This document shows positions 1-13,469 of a stretch of 64,000 nucleotides of DNA, piece after piece; within the stretch, counting starts at the first letter, position 1, and the number at the start of each line of letters is the position of its first letter. Location of the stretch: the NCBI RefSeq assembly GCF_963921235.1, contig NC_086097.1, positions 33,172,001 to 33,236,000 of the forward strand, written 5' to 3'. Source of the stretch: Mobula hypostoma. Lineage: Eukaryota. The notes under the pieces are model-generated. The model had not been told where the DNA came from. It was given only the letters and a program-made list of their open reading frames with translations, and ran no database searches. Made by a program: the position numbers and the translations under genes.

Positions 1-165
1 ACAAAAAATCAATGATGAAAAGCAGCAGAGAGCTCCGAGGCAGGAGGTAGTTACCGACCGATTACTTAGCAGTGGCCAGGCATGGACACAGACCAAAGAG
101 GACCAAAGCAAGGATAAAGCCAGGGTCAACCTTCTCGAGATTCTACAGCAAGGGGGCAATCTAAG
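1..165 (+). CDS. TTLL5: TTLL5 internal exon (5' end outside window)
   Basis: The frame from nt 2 is open: QKINDEKQQRAPRQEVVTDRLLSSGQAWTQTKEDQSKDKARVNLLEILQQGGNL(S). It ends AG|gttggt (phase 2). The end resembles the recalled mammalian TTLL5 'FNLMQILQDNGNLS' and joins the next exon in frame (AG+C = Ser). Confidence 0.85.
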
Positions 166-282
166 GTTGGTACTTCTAATGTGTGAATTTATTTATCCTA
201 AAAACAGTCCAACAACAAGATATGAACACCTGGTGGTGCATTTGAAACTACTGATATGCTGTTCTGTCATCTGTTTCCACAG

Positions 283-403
283 CAAGGTGCAGGCTCGCTT
301 AGCCTTTGCTGCCTACCTGCACCGGGTACAGCTTCGCCTGCTGAGGGAGTGCTGTGGCCAAAATAAAATCACCATGCATACAGACCAGGATGAAGAGCAG
401 ATG
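283..403 (+). CDS. TTLL5: TTLL5 exon (cofactor-interaction region)
   Basis: Acceptor ttccacag|C and donor ATG|gtaaat; 121 nt. Encodes KVQARLAFAAYLHRVQLRLLRECCGQNKITMHTDQDEEQM, matching recalled TTLL5 'QARIAFSAYLQHVQIRL...EDEQM'. Confidence 0.93.
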
Positions 404-721
404 GTAAATGAGCAGTATACTGGTAGTGGACAGAGACTGTGGTTAATGAGCAGGAATCCACCAAAGAAACTGGGGAACACTTCCTTACTTCATACCCTGA
501 GCCATAGGAAACATTTCCTGTGTGTGGTGGAACTCCTTCATCCTTACAACACCGTGATTAAATGTGGGCTGATTGTCTAGAGACTTCTACTGTTGATCCA
601 AATACATGAGTTAAAATCCCACCACAGCAGCTAGAGAATGTATGTTCAAGAACAAAATGTGGAATTAAAAAGACCATAAATATTTTGTGACCATAAAACT
701 ATTAGATATTTTTAAAGGAAA

Positions 722-990
722 AAAGATTTAAGGTTAGCTTTATTTGTCATGTGTGCATCGAAATATTGAAATGCGTCATTTGTGTCAATGACCAACACAG
801 TCCAAGGATGTGCTGGGGGCAGCCCGCAAGTGTCACCACATGTTCCGGCGCCAACGTAGCATGTCCGCAACTCACTAACCAATATGTCTTTGGAATGTGG
901 GAGGAAACCACAGCACCTGGAGGAAACCCATGTGGGCAAGGGAAGAACGTACATACTCCTTACGGACAGTGGCAGGAATTGAACCCTAAT
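722..990 (-). mobile_element. tRNA-derived V-domain SINE (V-SINE/HE1-like)
   Basis: The minus strand has a B-box-like GGGTTCAATTCC, then the V-domain-like GTACGTTCTTCCC...GGGTTTCCTCCAGGTGCTGTGGTTTCCTCCCACATTCCAAAGAC, then a tail ending AATAAAGCTAACC. Related copies lie at ~10660-10980 and ~12140-12370. Confidence 0.65.
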
Positions 991-1571
991 TGTCATATAA
1001 ACATGACTGGTTCATAGGACAGGAAATCTGCCAACTTTAGTTTGTCTGTCCTATTTGTGATTCCTCATAACTGTTCTGTCAAATGACTTCCCATTTTGGG
1101 AGTAATTAGAGATGGGCACTAAATGCTAATCTTGCTCAAGATGTAGATGTGGCCTGAACAAATTAAACGCTACACACAGGACTGGATTGTTGAACCTGAT
1201 CTCTAGGGTGCAGTGCTAGATTAGGTAATGTGATAGCAAGTATTGTCTGTAGTGGAAATGGATCTTCAAATTATTGCTGACACTTTCTGTGCTATTTCTG
1301 CTTTATTCCCTGTAACTGCTGTCTGTTCAACAATCTCCTCTGTTGCTGAGGGTATTCTGTGACAAAATATGCAAGCAATATTCTCTACTGATTCTCGTTA
1401 GCCTTAGGTTAGTGATGCAGTGGTAGAACTGAAGCAGTGTTTGGAGAATTGATATTGACAGTAAGATAAGATGGCGAGTATTCCCCAGGGCGGTGGGCAG
1501 AAAGGGGTGTCTGGAATGTTATCATTGAACCCTGACTGCAAGTGACAGCCCCTTGTCTGTTTCCCTTACAG

Positions 1572-1718
1572 GAGCTGGTGATCAGATTCCTGAAGCGAGC
1601 AGCCAGCAACTTTCAGCAAACTGTGCCGATGGCCCTACCCAGCAGCCAACTCCCAGTTTCTGAACGGAGATGCATTCTGGCTCAGCAGTTAGGGCTCTTT
1701 ATCCATTGCTATAGTAAG
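1572..1718 (+). CDS. TTLL5: TTLL5 exon
   Basis: Acceptor cccttacag|GAG and donor AAG|gtgagg; 147 nt, phase 0-0. Encodes [49 protein letters not shown], matching recalled '[49 protein letters not shown]'. Confidence 0.95.
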
Positions 1719-1838
1719 GTGAGGGGTATATGGCCAGAGCCTTGCAATTACAGCCACAACATCAGGCTGCATTACGGTGAAGGGTTGAAGGCAAATTTAA
1801 TGATTGTTCTGAAAACTGTTCCAAGATTGGATAGAATG

Positions 1839-2731
1839 CAGTGGATTCCTATTACTTGTGACACATTGAGACCAGTACATTTTGGCCCAAGTAAGCTGCT
1901 GCCCCAATTAGCCAAAGTTTTTTAGAAATATAGTTCAAAGTACATTTATTATCAAAGTTAAAATATTTAAAAGGGTATAAAAATACAAACTATCTTTTAA
2001 TTTGAGTAAAAAGTTCTGCATTTAAATGAAGTTAAAAACTAATTTGAACGCCACCATTATTACTAAATACTTTAAATCTGTGTATTAGTTCATAATATTT
2101 ATTGTTGGAGGAATTTGTCCAGTGTATTCTACTGTGTTTTTTTGATTGACTGTAAATGAAAAAATCAGCATAAGAACCTAGTCCAGATAAGAGTGCCTTC
2201 ATACAATGCTTTGAAGATTACAGCCTCCAAATTCTCATTTTCATTGTAACATTCAAGATGATTGTCGTTACCTTCAAATTCTTCATAGTTCCTAATCATA
2301 GTTCCTAATTTGCTGAAGTTGTAAAATTGTTTCATTTTCACTCCTAGCCATTACTGGCATCTCTAAGTCTCGGTACTTAAAACTTCAATGAGCAAAACAG
2401 TTCCAAATTGCCTTACTGCTTATTTCTTGGCAACTATGTGACAAAAATTACCGCTTTTTGAACAGAAACACACGTAACTGGCGTGTTTTAAAAACTGTTC
2501 ACTTTAATGTAGTATCACTCACAATGTAGTATCTAATGGCCGTGCAAGTACACGTGACTAATGCTAGTTAGAAACCGTTCAGCAACGGTCTCCAGTCCCA
2601 ATTAAGCGATATAGTGTCCTAAATGAACAGCAGAAGTCCTGGCTATTTTCTTGATTAGTTATTTTTAAAGAGTTGTCCCAAATAAGTGGCTGCCCTGATT
2701 AATTGATGGCCCAATTAACTGGAATCCACTG
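1839..2731. mobile_element. Non-autonomous Tc1/mariner-superfamily (pogo/Tigger-like) DNA transposon relic
   Basis: Terminal inverted repeats CAGTGGATTCC (1839) and GGAATCCACTG (2721-2731), followed by TA; the left flank reads TG. AT-rich interior with no ORF. Confidence 0.55.
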
Positions 2732-2749
2732 TACATGGCACATAGGAGA

Positions 2750-3660
2750 CTAAGCACAGTACAGGCCCCTGGCTCCACGACGTTGTGCAAACCTTTTACT
2801 CTACTGTAAGACCAATCTAATCCCTCCTTCCAACATAGCCCTCCATTTTTTTCTCATCCATGTACCTATCTAAGAGTCCCCTAATTGCCCCTAAGGTATC
2901 TACCTCTATCACCATGCTAGCAGGGTGTTCCACGAACTCACCATTCTCTGTATAAAAAAAACTTACCTCTGAAATCCTCCAATATACTTTCCTCCAATCA
3001 CCTTCAAATTATGCCCTTCATATTAGCCACTTCTACCCTGGGAAGAAGTCTCTGGCTATCATCTTGATCTATACCTCTTATTATCTTGACACATCTGTCA
3101 AATCACCTCTCGTTCTCCTTTGCTTCAAAGAGAAAAGCTGTAGCTTGCTCAACCTATCCTCATCAGACATGTTCTCTAATCCAGGCAGCATCCTGGTAAA
3201 TCTCCTCTGTACCCTCCACATGAGGCGACCAGAACTGAATACAATACTCCATTTGTGGGCTAATCATGGATTTATAGAGCTACAACATTACACTGTAGCT
3301 CTTGAACTCAGTCCCTAACTAATCAAAGCCAACACAGCATGTACCTTCTCAACCACCCTATCAACTTGCATGGCAATTTTGAGGGATCTATGGATAGAAT
3401 ATCAAGATCCTGCTGTTCATCACACTGCTAAAAATCATTCCAATAACTCTGTACTCTGCCTTCGTATTCAACTTTCCAAATTGAATCACTTCACACTTTT
3501 TCAGGTTGAACTCCATCTGCTATTTCTCAGCCCAGCTTTACATCCTGTCAATGTCTTGTTGTAGTCTGCAACAACCTTCCACACTATTCACAATTCCAAC
3601 TTCCTAACCCATCCTTTCACTTCCTCATCCAAATCATGTATAAAAATCACAAAGAGCAGA
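2750..3660 (-). mobile_element. CR1/HER1 LINE 3' fragment (degraded)
   Basis: Typical CR1 3' RT-tail and 3'UTR sequence shared with many other copies in the window (e.g. 7030-7610, 8295-8680). Boundaries approximate. Confidence 0.7.
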
Positions 3661-4875
3661 GACGTAGGAATTCCCTTAGTGAAGGCTGAGTGATTTTAAA
3701 ATTAAAACAGGTTGCTGTGGAATGGAATTGACAACCACTTTTTCCCTTCACAAAGTAGATGAAACTCTGAAGGCCCCCCCAAAAGGTTACTAGGGGTGAA
3801 TCAAACTGAGGGACAATGCAACATGTTGAAAAGGTTTTGGGGGAATGGAACTCATTTAATTTATGATGCAAATCAGCTATAATCGATTCCTTTGCTGAGG
3901 AGATTTACCAGGCTGCTACCCCAATTAGAGAGCATATCTTATGAGGAAGTTTGAGTGAGCTTGGGCTTTTCTCTTTGGAGTGAAGAAGGATGGGAGGTGA
4001 CTTGATAGAGATGTAAAAATGGTAAGAGGCATAGATTGAGTAGACAGCCAGAGACTTTTTCTCATAGTGGAAATGGCTAATACAAGGAGGCATGATTTTA
4101 AGGTGATTGGAGGAAAGTATAGGAGGTAGGAATTTTTACACAGAGATCAAATTATTACACAGTATACTGAACTTGAGTAAGGTAAGACAATAACAATGCA
4201 GAATAAAATGTAATAGCTATCCGAAAGGTGCAATGTGTATCAATAACAGTGCAAGATCATAGAGAGGTAGATTGGGAAGCAAGAGGTCCATTCAAGAGTC
4301 TGATAACAGCAGGATAGAAGCTGTCTCCGATCCTGGGGGTACATGCTTTCAGGCTTTTGTATCTTCCATCCAATGGGAGAGATGTAGAAGAGAGAAAGTC
4401 TGCGATGGGTGGGGTCTTTGATTATGCTGGTTGCTTTACTGAGGCAGTGATGTGCAGACAGAGTCCATAGAGGGGAAGATGGTTCGTGATCAATCCCTTT
4501 CTGCTGAAACACAGGGAAAACCACAGAATGAACATTAAACCCTTTTCTGAAGGAGACATACCAGTCAACACCTGGTTTTTGGTTAAAGGGATTTTTCAGA
4601 AGCATTCAAGCACATCCTAACCCTGATTCTAGTGTTAGGGTCCCATATAGTAGCAGGCAACCTTGTCAGTGTTGCACTCACTCAATGCTACACTGAAAGA
4701 GTCAGCCTGGATTGAATGCCCAAGTCATCGAGTGGGATTTGAACTCATAGACACTTGTAAATGAAGCTGTGGGTAAGATAAGAAAAGAGCAGGGACTTTG
4801 GATTATCCACTAAAGCAAGTTGCACAACAAAATTGGGGTACTTGGCTCTTACCCATCTTTGTATTTTCAACTCAG

Positions 4876-4970
4876 GAAACAGATCAAATCAATAAGAAGA
4901 ACCAGATGGAATTGAATCTGGAGACTTACATTCAGCAGGAAGAATTCCAAGCATTTGTCAGTAAAGCCAG
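4876..4970 (+). CDS. TTLL5: TTLL5 exon
   Basis: Acceptor tcaactcag|GAA and donor CAG|gtgaga; 95 nt, phase 0-2. Encodes ETDQINKKNQMELNLETYIQQEEFQAFVSKA(S), similar to recalled 'ETEQM...ENFQEFIRQAS'. Not in the ORF track; read by hand. Confidence 0.88.
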
Positions 4971-6094
4971 GTGAGAGGGCTGGAAAATGCATGACAGCAC
5001 TGTGAGTAATGGAGAATTGGAAATGCAGTCTCCTGGTTTAGACACTATTCAGTTTGCAACCTCTGCATGATGAGAGAATGTGCCATTCATCCTAATCAGG
5101 CTGAGGTTCAGCTCCAAGAAGCTTCCTTTGTTTCCTTTTGGAAGAGTTTGGGGAATGGAGTGTGTTAATAACACTGATAAGTAAAGATCTCTGTCCTGAG
5201 GATCTGATTTTGAATGTTTCAAGCCAGTCTCAGGAAAAAGGCCAAGGATGGTCCATCACTCCACTCCAATCAGAATATTAAAATACCCAGCAACAAACAA
5301 GCAGGCATAGAGAGAGGAAAAAAGAAAAAAGATGAGAATACACAGGCTGATGTGCTCAGTTCAGCTATCCTTCCCCAGCCTGATGACAGTGGGTCCTGGG
5401 TAGAAATAGAACTACAGTTAGATATGATTGATGCCTGACTCCATACCAGCAGTACTGTCAAGGAGAAAGGGAGATGGATGTCACAGGGGGCCAGGATAAG
5501 GCTGCAGTTCACATGGAATCTCAGTGGGGCCAAAGGGACATCTGATCTCAAGGGGTGTGCTAATGGTGCTTGGGCAGAAGGAGTGGTACATGATACATTT
5601 GAGTCACAGAGGCAAGAGGAAAGGTGGAACAACAAAACAGTCTGGTGGAGGAATCAGCAGTTCAAGCAGCTTCTGTGGGAAAGGAAATCTAGATGTTCTT
5701 TCCTTCTGTGGATGCTGCTCAACTTCCTGAGTTTCTCAAACAGGTTGTTGCTCCAATTACCAGTGTCTGCAGCCTCTGGTGGCTCCAAGAAGGGAAGGCA
5801 GTTGGCTACATAGCAAATCATGGGGGTTGAGGAAGAGAGATACTGCAAGGTAAAAATCAGCCAAAACTGATGATGCTGAAAATCTGAAAAATAAAAACAG
5901 TGTTGAAAACATTTGGCAGGTTACACAGCATCTGTGAAGAGAGAAATAGTGTTTCTGATTGTGAACTCTTCATTGGAACTGAGAAAGAGAGAAAAAAAGT
6001 AGTATGAGTAGCAGAGAAGGTGAGGGAGGGAGATAAATAGAACAAGAGGAACTTCTCTGACAGATTGAGTCAGGATAGCCTGATGTGGCATAGT

Positions 6095-6690
6095 AAACTT
6101 TATCAGGTTTATTATCAATGACATGAAATTTGTTTTCTTGCAGCAGCAGTGCAGTGCAACAACATAAAATCACTATAAATTACCAAAATCAAGAAATTGT
6201 GCCAAAATACAGAATTATGAAATAGTGTGTGCACTCATGGACCACTCAGAAATCTGATGATGGTGGTTGGGAAGAAGCTTTTCCTAAATCAATGGGTACG
6301 GGGCTTCAGACTTTTATACCTTCCCCTTCATGGTAGTAATGAAAAGAGGGCATGTCCCAGATGGTGAGGGTACTAAATGATGGATGCTGCCTTCTTGAGG
6401 CACAGCATCTTGACGATGTCCTCAATGGTGGGGAGTGTTATGCCTGTGATGGAGCTGGCTGAATACATAACTTTCTGTGTCCTCTTATGATCCTGTGCAT
6501 TGGACCCTCCATACCAAGCTACGATGCAACTAGTCAGTATTATCTTCATCTTACATCTACAGCAATTTATCGGGTTTGGTGACATACCAAATATCCTCGA
6601 ACTTCTAATGAAGTAGAGCCACTGGCGTGCTTTCTTCATGATTGAATCAATATCTTGGGCCCAGGAGAGATCCTCTGAGATGTTAACAAC
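6095..6690 (-). mobile_element. Rex1/Babar-type LINE 3' fragment
   Basis: Minus-strand ORF contains ISEDLSWAQDIDSIMKKARQWLYFIR...ILTSCIVAWYG...KKAASII, a Rex1/Babar C-terminal signature. Boundaries approximate. Confidence 0.7.
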
Positions 6691-6860
6691 TGTTGAGGAA
6701 ATGTATGCAGAGGAGGAATGGGGGCGGCCCAGGGTAACAACTGGTCTCTGGGGATTTGCAGCTATGTGTGTTTTTGTTTCAGATCTCACTGTTATTATTG
6801 CCTCAGCTGTAAGTTAATGTCACTGTCACAATGTCTTTTTTATTTGAAATTCCTTTTCAG

Positions 6861-6994
6861 TGAGATTGAGTTGGAGAAACTACTGACGATCTACACACAC
6901 AAGAACAGATCAGCCAGTGTCTTCCTTGGGACTAAAACCAGAAGCAGGAACCAGAGTACTAATACAGAGGAACCTAATGGCAAACCCACCAGAG
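6861..6994 (+). CDS. TTLL5: TTLL5 exon
   Basis: Acceptor ccttttcag|T and donor GAG|gtacgc; 134 nt, phase 2-1. Encodes (S)EIELEKLLTIYTHKNRSASVFLGTKTRSRNQSTNTEEPNGKPTR(G), matching recalled '[24 protein letters not shown]'. An alternative in-frame donor exists at 7015/7016. Confidence 0.9.
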
Positions 6995-9249
6995 GTACGC
7001 AGCTGCAGTGCGGAAGTGAGGAAAACTTCACATAGAACAATACAGCACAGTACCAGCCCCTCAGCTCACGATGCTGTGCCGATCTTTTAATCAAGTCCGA
7101 GATCAATCTTTCTCTCCCTCCCACATAGCCCTCCATTTTCTGCTCATCCATGTGCCTATCTAAGAATCTCTGAAATGACCCTAATGTATCTGCCTTTTCC
7201 ACCATCCCCGAGCAGAACATTCCTTGTATATCTCTCTCTGTATATAAAATAAACTTGCCTCTGATATTCCCCCTATAATTTCCTCCAATCACTCTAAAGT
7301 TATGCCCCCTTCGCCATATATGCCCTGAGAATAAGTCTCTGGCTGTCCACTCAATCTGTGCCTCTTATCATCTTGTAAACCTCTATCAAGTTAACTTTCA
7401 TTCTCCTTGGCTCCAAAAGAGAAAAGCCCCAGCTCTCTCAACCTATTCTCATAAGTCATGCTCTCTAATCCAGACAGCATCCTGGTAAGTCTTCTCTGCA
7501 CCCTTTCTAAAGCTTCCACATCCTTCCTATAAGGAGGTGACCAGAACTGAGCACAATGTTCCAAATGTGGTCTAACCAGAGTTTTACAGAGCTGCAACAC
7601 TACCTCACGGCTTAGGTGCTGCTTCTGCAGTAGCTTATTCCATATTAATTTCTGTACCAATTTCTTCAATTATAAGTTCCATTAACTCCCTTTATTAACG
7701 GGAATTGCTTGTGTAAATAGATCACATGGGAATAACAGCATGCAAAGCAACTCCTGACTCTTCAATTGGAATTATTGTAATTGGTTTATTACTGTCAAAT
7801 ATTAGCAAGTATGAATGGGGGGGGGTATGTAGAGCTATGGTCTAGGTGCAGCTCGATGGAACTAGGCAGAATAACAATTCGACATGGACCTGATGGGCCA
7901 AAGGGCTTGTTTCTGTGCTGTAGTGCTGTATGACTATCATTATCCAATAAAGGAGGGTCATTCTGGGCCGCCAAGGGTGCTCTCAGCACTTCTCCGTTGT
8001 AAATGGATTAAATGGAGTTGGTTGAAGATTGGCTTCCGTACTGGTTGGGATCTCAGAAGGGAGTTGAGAGGAAACACCCACTCAACATTTGTCACTGAAA
8101 TTTCACAACATATGCCAGTGATATTAAACATGATTCTGATTCTGAATATTGTTCCAAGAGCTTCAGCTGTTCAGCTATGTCCTTCACACTTGCATGCTGG
8201 GCCTGCCTTGTCTGGGTAGGATTGTTCTAGGAGCCCTCTCCATTTCACCACTATTCACAACATCATGTGGCACTCTGCAGAGCTTTTATCAAAGTCATAG
8301 TTAGGCATGGATACAGGCCCTTCAACCCAAACAGTTCATGCTGACCAAGGGTGCCCACCCAACTAGTCCGAGTTCTGCATTCGGTTTGTATCCCTCCAAG
8401 CCCTGCCCTCCACTTGGCTGTCTAAGTGCTTCTTAAGTGGTACTGTTGTACCTGCCTCAAACACTTCTCCATCAGGTCATTCCATATACTCACTAGCGAT
8501 GAAAAAGTTACTTTTTAAATATTTCCCCTCTCACCCTAAATCTATGCCCTCTAGTTTTGACTCTCCTACCCTGGGGGAAAAGCTATTACCAACCACCTTA
8601 TCTATGCCTCTTATAATTTTAAGCACTTCTATAATATCACCCTTCATTCTCCTATATTCGGAAGAATGAAGGCCCAGCAATATTGTACGTTGGTTGTAGG
8701 ATCACTGATTTTTCTCTGTTGCTTGCTGTTGGGCATATAATTAGCTCGCTGGACTGTGAAGTTCTCTTGCATCACTTCCACTACTTGGTCACCAGGCAGC
8801 TTCCTACCCAATTCTTGTTTCATCGTTTTGCTTCTTCAGTAACTGAAGTTGCTAATTTTCTGAGTAACAGTTAAACAAGGTAATGCACCCCCAAATACCT
8901 GTTATATTGCAGCATCATTAATTGAATTGTCCTTGAATTCTTTTGTAATTTCATTACTCAAACTCACCTTAAGTATTGAGTGTTGCCATGCTGGCACCAA
9001 CCAGCAGTTTCAGTCAAGTGTTTACCTTGGAAATTTCCATTGGAAATCAGTTTCAATATTAAATATTGACACAAATGGGATCGAATACTGCACTAACATA
9101 AAAGTGAGAGTTTTGGACAGACATTGCATACAGTTGTTTGATCATTAGTGAAATGTATGCAGAATAATATACACGTTATGTTACAACATTGTTGAAGAAT
9201 GTTACTCAGAAACACAATTTGATTATTTTATCTCAGTATCAAGTAGTTA

Positions 9250-10445
9250 TTAGAACATAGAAAATGGAAATCTATAGCACATTACAGGCCCTTCGGCCCA
9301 CAATGTTGTGCTGACCATGTAACCTACTCTAGAAACTGCCTAAAATTACCCTACCACATAGCCCTCTAATTTTCTAAGCTCTATTAAATTGAATTGACTT
9401 TATTACTTAGGTCCTTCATGTACACGAGGAGTAAAAATCTTCATAATGTTCTCAATTGTGCCCCTGTAGAAAGTTCTTAGGATTTAGGGTCCCATACCAA
9501 ACTTCTTCAACTGTTTGAGGTGAAAGAGGTGCTGTTGTGCCTTTTTCACCACACAGCCGGTATGTACAGACCACGTGAGATCCTCAGTGATGTGTATGCT
9601 GAGGAACTTAAAGCTTTTCACCCTATCAACCCCAGCTCCATTGATGTCAATAGGGGTTAGCCTGTCTCCATTCCTCCTGTAGTCCACAACCAGTTCCTTT
9701 GTTTTTAACCATATGTATAACCATATAACAATTACAGCATGGAAACAGGCCATCTCGGCCCTTCTAGTCCATGCCGAACTCCTACTCTCACCTAGTCCCA
9801 CCAACCTGCACTTGATCCATAACCTTCCATCCCTTTCCTGTCCATATATCTATCCAATTTAACTTTAAATGACAACATTGAACCTGCCTCAACCACTTCT
9901 GCTGGAAGCTCGTTCCACACAGCCACCACTCTCTGAGTAAAGAAGTTCCCCCCAATGTTACCCCTAAACTTTTGCCCTTTAACTCTCAACTCATGTCCTC
10001 TTGTTTGAATCTCCCCCACTCTCAATGGAAAAGGCCTATCCATGTCAACTCTATCAGTCCCCCTCATAATTTTAAACACCTCTATCAAGTCTCCTCTCAA
10101 CCTTCTACGCTCCAAAGAATAGAGACCTAACTTGTTCAACCTTTCTCTGTAACTTAGGAGATGAAACCCAGGCAACATTTTAGTAAACCTTCTCTGTACT
10201 CTCTCAATTTTATTGACATCTCTCCTATAATTCGGTGACCAGAACTGTACACAATACTCCAAATTTGGCCTTACATCTATGTACCTATCTAAGAGTCTCT
10301 TAAAAGACCCTATTGTATCTGCCTCCACCACCGTCGCTGGCAGTGCATTCTACACACCACTCTCAGTATGAAAAACGTACACCTGATATCCTCTCTGCAC
10401 ATACTTGCAAGCACCCTAAAACTATACCCCCTCGTGTTAGTCATA
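9250..10445 (-). mobile_element. Nested LINE cluster: CR1 3' end interrupted by a Rex1 fragment (~9385-9705) and a younger CR1 (~9706-10272)
   Basis: ORF 9792-10331 has VRPNLEYCVQFWSP...ERRRLRGDLIEVFKI...FFTQRVVAVWNELP (CR1 C-terminus). ORF 9484-9804 has KTKELVVDYRR...SFKFLSIHITEDLTWS (Rex1). The outer CR1 resumes at ~10274. Confidence 0.75.
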
Positions 10446-12689
10446 AGACCATAGACCATAAGACATAGGAGCAGAATAAGGCCATTTAAGACGAGGGGTC
10501 TGAGTTTTATGTCCTGTAAAAAGGAGCATTTTCTCTCTGGAGCCTTCTTTTTATGTCAATCTGTGTCATTGTGTTCCCACAATGTGTCAAAGGATCTGTT
10601 CTGACACTCAGAAACTGTAGTTGTGTGATATCCCAGTTTAAGATTATGATTAAATTTAAGATTAAGATAAAGACTAGCTTTATTTGTCACATGTACGTTG
10701 AACCATACAGTGAAATGCATTGTTTGTCCCAAATCAAATCAGCGAGGATTGTGCTTAGGACAGTCTACAGGTGTTGCCATTATTCTAGCGCCAATATAGC
10801 ATGGTCACAACTCACTAACCCCAACCCTTTGGAATGTGGGAGGAAACCAGAGCACCTGGAAGAAACCCATGCAGTCACAGAGAGAATGTATAAACACCTT
10901 TTAGATAAAGGTGGGAATCGATTCCTAGATGGTGATCACTGGTGCTGTAAAGCGGTTGCACTAACCGCTACACTACCAAGTCAACCCCATTAACATCATT
11001 AACCCTGTCCTTGAACAACAGTGGAGTTCCCCTTCCATCCCAACCAACTTTCACAGTAACTCTTTGCCATCATCCAACAGGTATTCCCCCTCATCCCTGC
11101 TTTCATTAGTCCAAAGGGATTATTTCCACAGCCTCATTTCTGCTTACTACTCAGTAACCATCAACATCCCAGCCCTTCCTACAGCACTGTTCCTTGAGGG
11201 CAAGATTGATGCAGTACCTTCCTTCTCCTTACTCATCACCCCAGATCAGCTTGCTTTCCAGATTACATTATGATCTACTTGCACTTGCTTCTATTTATTA
11301 TGTACTGCTTACTGCTGACAATATGGTTTCCACTACACTGGGAGGACAACTGTAGATTGGATGATTATTTGGCTTAGCCCAGAGATAAACTGTCAAATGA
11401 ATCCTTCTCTGATCTTTCTGTCTTCAGCCTACAGCAGCGTTCCAGTGAAAGCCAGCGTAACCACTGGGGGTACACCTCATCTTTCGATCAGAGGTAATAA
11501 CACACTGAGTTGACCAACCTCAGATAATGGTTCTGGAACTAGGCCCTTCTACTTTGCACGATTGCCCCCTTTGTCATTAACATTAAATGTAACAGAAGGG
11601 AAGGGGGAACTTGAGGAAAATTGTATTCACCATTGAGCTGTGAAGTGTTACAGTTACAAAGAAAGAGCAGTACAGACAAACAATTAAAGTGGAAGGGCCA
11701 CAGTGAGGTATATTGAGCGGGCAAGAGTCCATCTATATCATACAAGACATTCATTCAAGAGTCTTATGATAATAGGGTGGAGATTGTCCATAGTGGTGGG
11801 TTTTCTTAAGCTTTTATATTTTCTGCCCCGAGGAAGGGGAAAGGAGAGGGAATGACTATGTTCTGGAACTTAGATTTCCAGAAGATTTAGATTTGATAAG
11901 GTTATTATGGAAATTATGAACTGACTGTGTAGAAGATCAGACATTGGTATGAATAGAGGATTGGATACTGAATAAAGTCTTAATCAAAATAGTGAGAGAT
12001 TGTGGAGCTCTTTAAAACTGAGCTTTACTATTATCTGGGTGTCTGAGTGCATGGTTCACAGAAGGGGGGAGGGGCAATACACAGAGGATTGTTTGAAAAC
12101 AAAGATATGCCTGTTTATAATATAATAATATTCTGAGATGACAGCATGATTAGCAAGCCTTACTAGCCCAACAAGCTGCACCATACAATGACACGCAGAT
12201 GACCAATTAATCTGCTAACCTTTGGAATGTAGGAGGAAACTGGAGCACCCAGTTGAAACCCACATGGTCACAGAGAGAATATACAAACTCCTTACAGCCA
12301 GGGGTGGCAATTAACCCCGGGTTGCTGGCACTGTAATAGCATTATGCTTATTTCTTTGTTACACTGCTGCCCCAGTTTAGGAGAGAGATGAGGCATATCT
12401 TTTACTTAGGGGCTTTGGACCACTGTCTATTTGAATATTTTAAAGCAAAATGGGGAGGGGAATGGAGGGCAATGATCCATGTATAGTTTGATGGGACAAA
12501 GCAGAATAGCAGATGGGCCGAAGGGCCTGTTTCTCTGTTGTAGTGCTCTATGACTTTATGACTCTAAATTAATTGATCTTTAATGCAGGGACTGAAAGAT
12601 TACAGTTGGCTGGGCAGGATGTGGTTCGAGGTTATAGACAGATAGCTATCTTTGCTTCATGTTATCTGATTCTAGCTCCTAATCCACAG

Positions 12690-13064
12690 GACTGGCTGTG
12701 CCCAAGGAGGGAGATTCTGGTGGCTCTGACAGTTCAGGTGACAATGGCCTCTTAGTGCAAAGCTCTTCCACTCATCACCTTTATCCTCCACGCGCCACCT
12801 TACAGTCAGCAGGCAGCCTGCCGCTGGCCTCCTGCACAATTTCACCTCAGGATCCGATCTTCCTTGAGGCCGAGGCAGGAAGCAGGGCTTGCTCAGCAAT
12901 TCGCAGGGTGGGCTCTGCAACCTTAGCATCTCGTCCTCTACAGCCTCTGGGAAAGGTCCAGCGATCTGCCTCCGACAGCCTCTCTCTTGTGCCCCCATCG
13001 TCCTTGCAGGCCGCGGCTCAGATCTACAGCCAGAAACTCTCACGGCCAAACTCAGCAACAGCAG
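12690..13064 (+). CDS. TTLL5: TTLL5 exon (Ser/Pro-rich linker)
   Basis: Acceptor aatccacag|GA, just after an in-frame TAA at 12680, and donor CAG|gtaagt; 375 nt, phase 1-1. Ends [22 protein letters not shown](G), matching recalled '[23 protein letters not shown]'. The 5' boundary is less certain than the 3' boundary. Confidence 0.85.
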
Positions 13065-13469
13065 GTAAGTGTCTGCAGAACTGGCAAAAGAAAGCTCTCT
13101 CCCATGGATTTCTTCTCTTGGATCTCTTTCAGTCTGTGTAAATGTTTACTAATGAGCACAAGGCAATGTCCTATCTAAATGTGGCAACCATTCTCTGACC
13201 ATCCATTGATGGTGACTTTTATAAGGGGAAGTTTCTTTGACGGGCCTCAAAGTTCAAAGTAAATTTATTATCCAAGTATGTATACAGCTTTGTTACCATA
13301 TACTAACTTGTGATTCTTTTTTGCAGGTATATACAGGAAAAAGTTTTAAAAATGCGTTATAATTGACATAAAACTACACGTAAACAAAGACCAACGTGCA
13401 AAAGAGTACAAACTGCAAATATGGAAAATATTCTGGGAGCATAAGGCCTCTTATATAGTGCCACCTAAT

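Noticed and set aside
167..580. 137-aa ORF as a standalone gene (similarly 1542-1925, 6718-7035, 12698-13141, 21582-21830, 53583-53765)
   Set aside because: These are TTLL5 exons read through into flanking intron. Splice sites define the true limits.
8840..8880. Candidate small TTLL5 exon (cttcttcag|TAACTG...AAG|gtaatg)
   Set aside because: It has an in-frame TAA in the required phase and no similarity to TTLL5.
11400..11500. Strong-looking acceptor (tctttctgtcttcag) as the missing exon
   Set aside because: The sequence is a decayed PLE GIY-YIG 3' region, with no convincing donor or homology.
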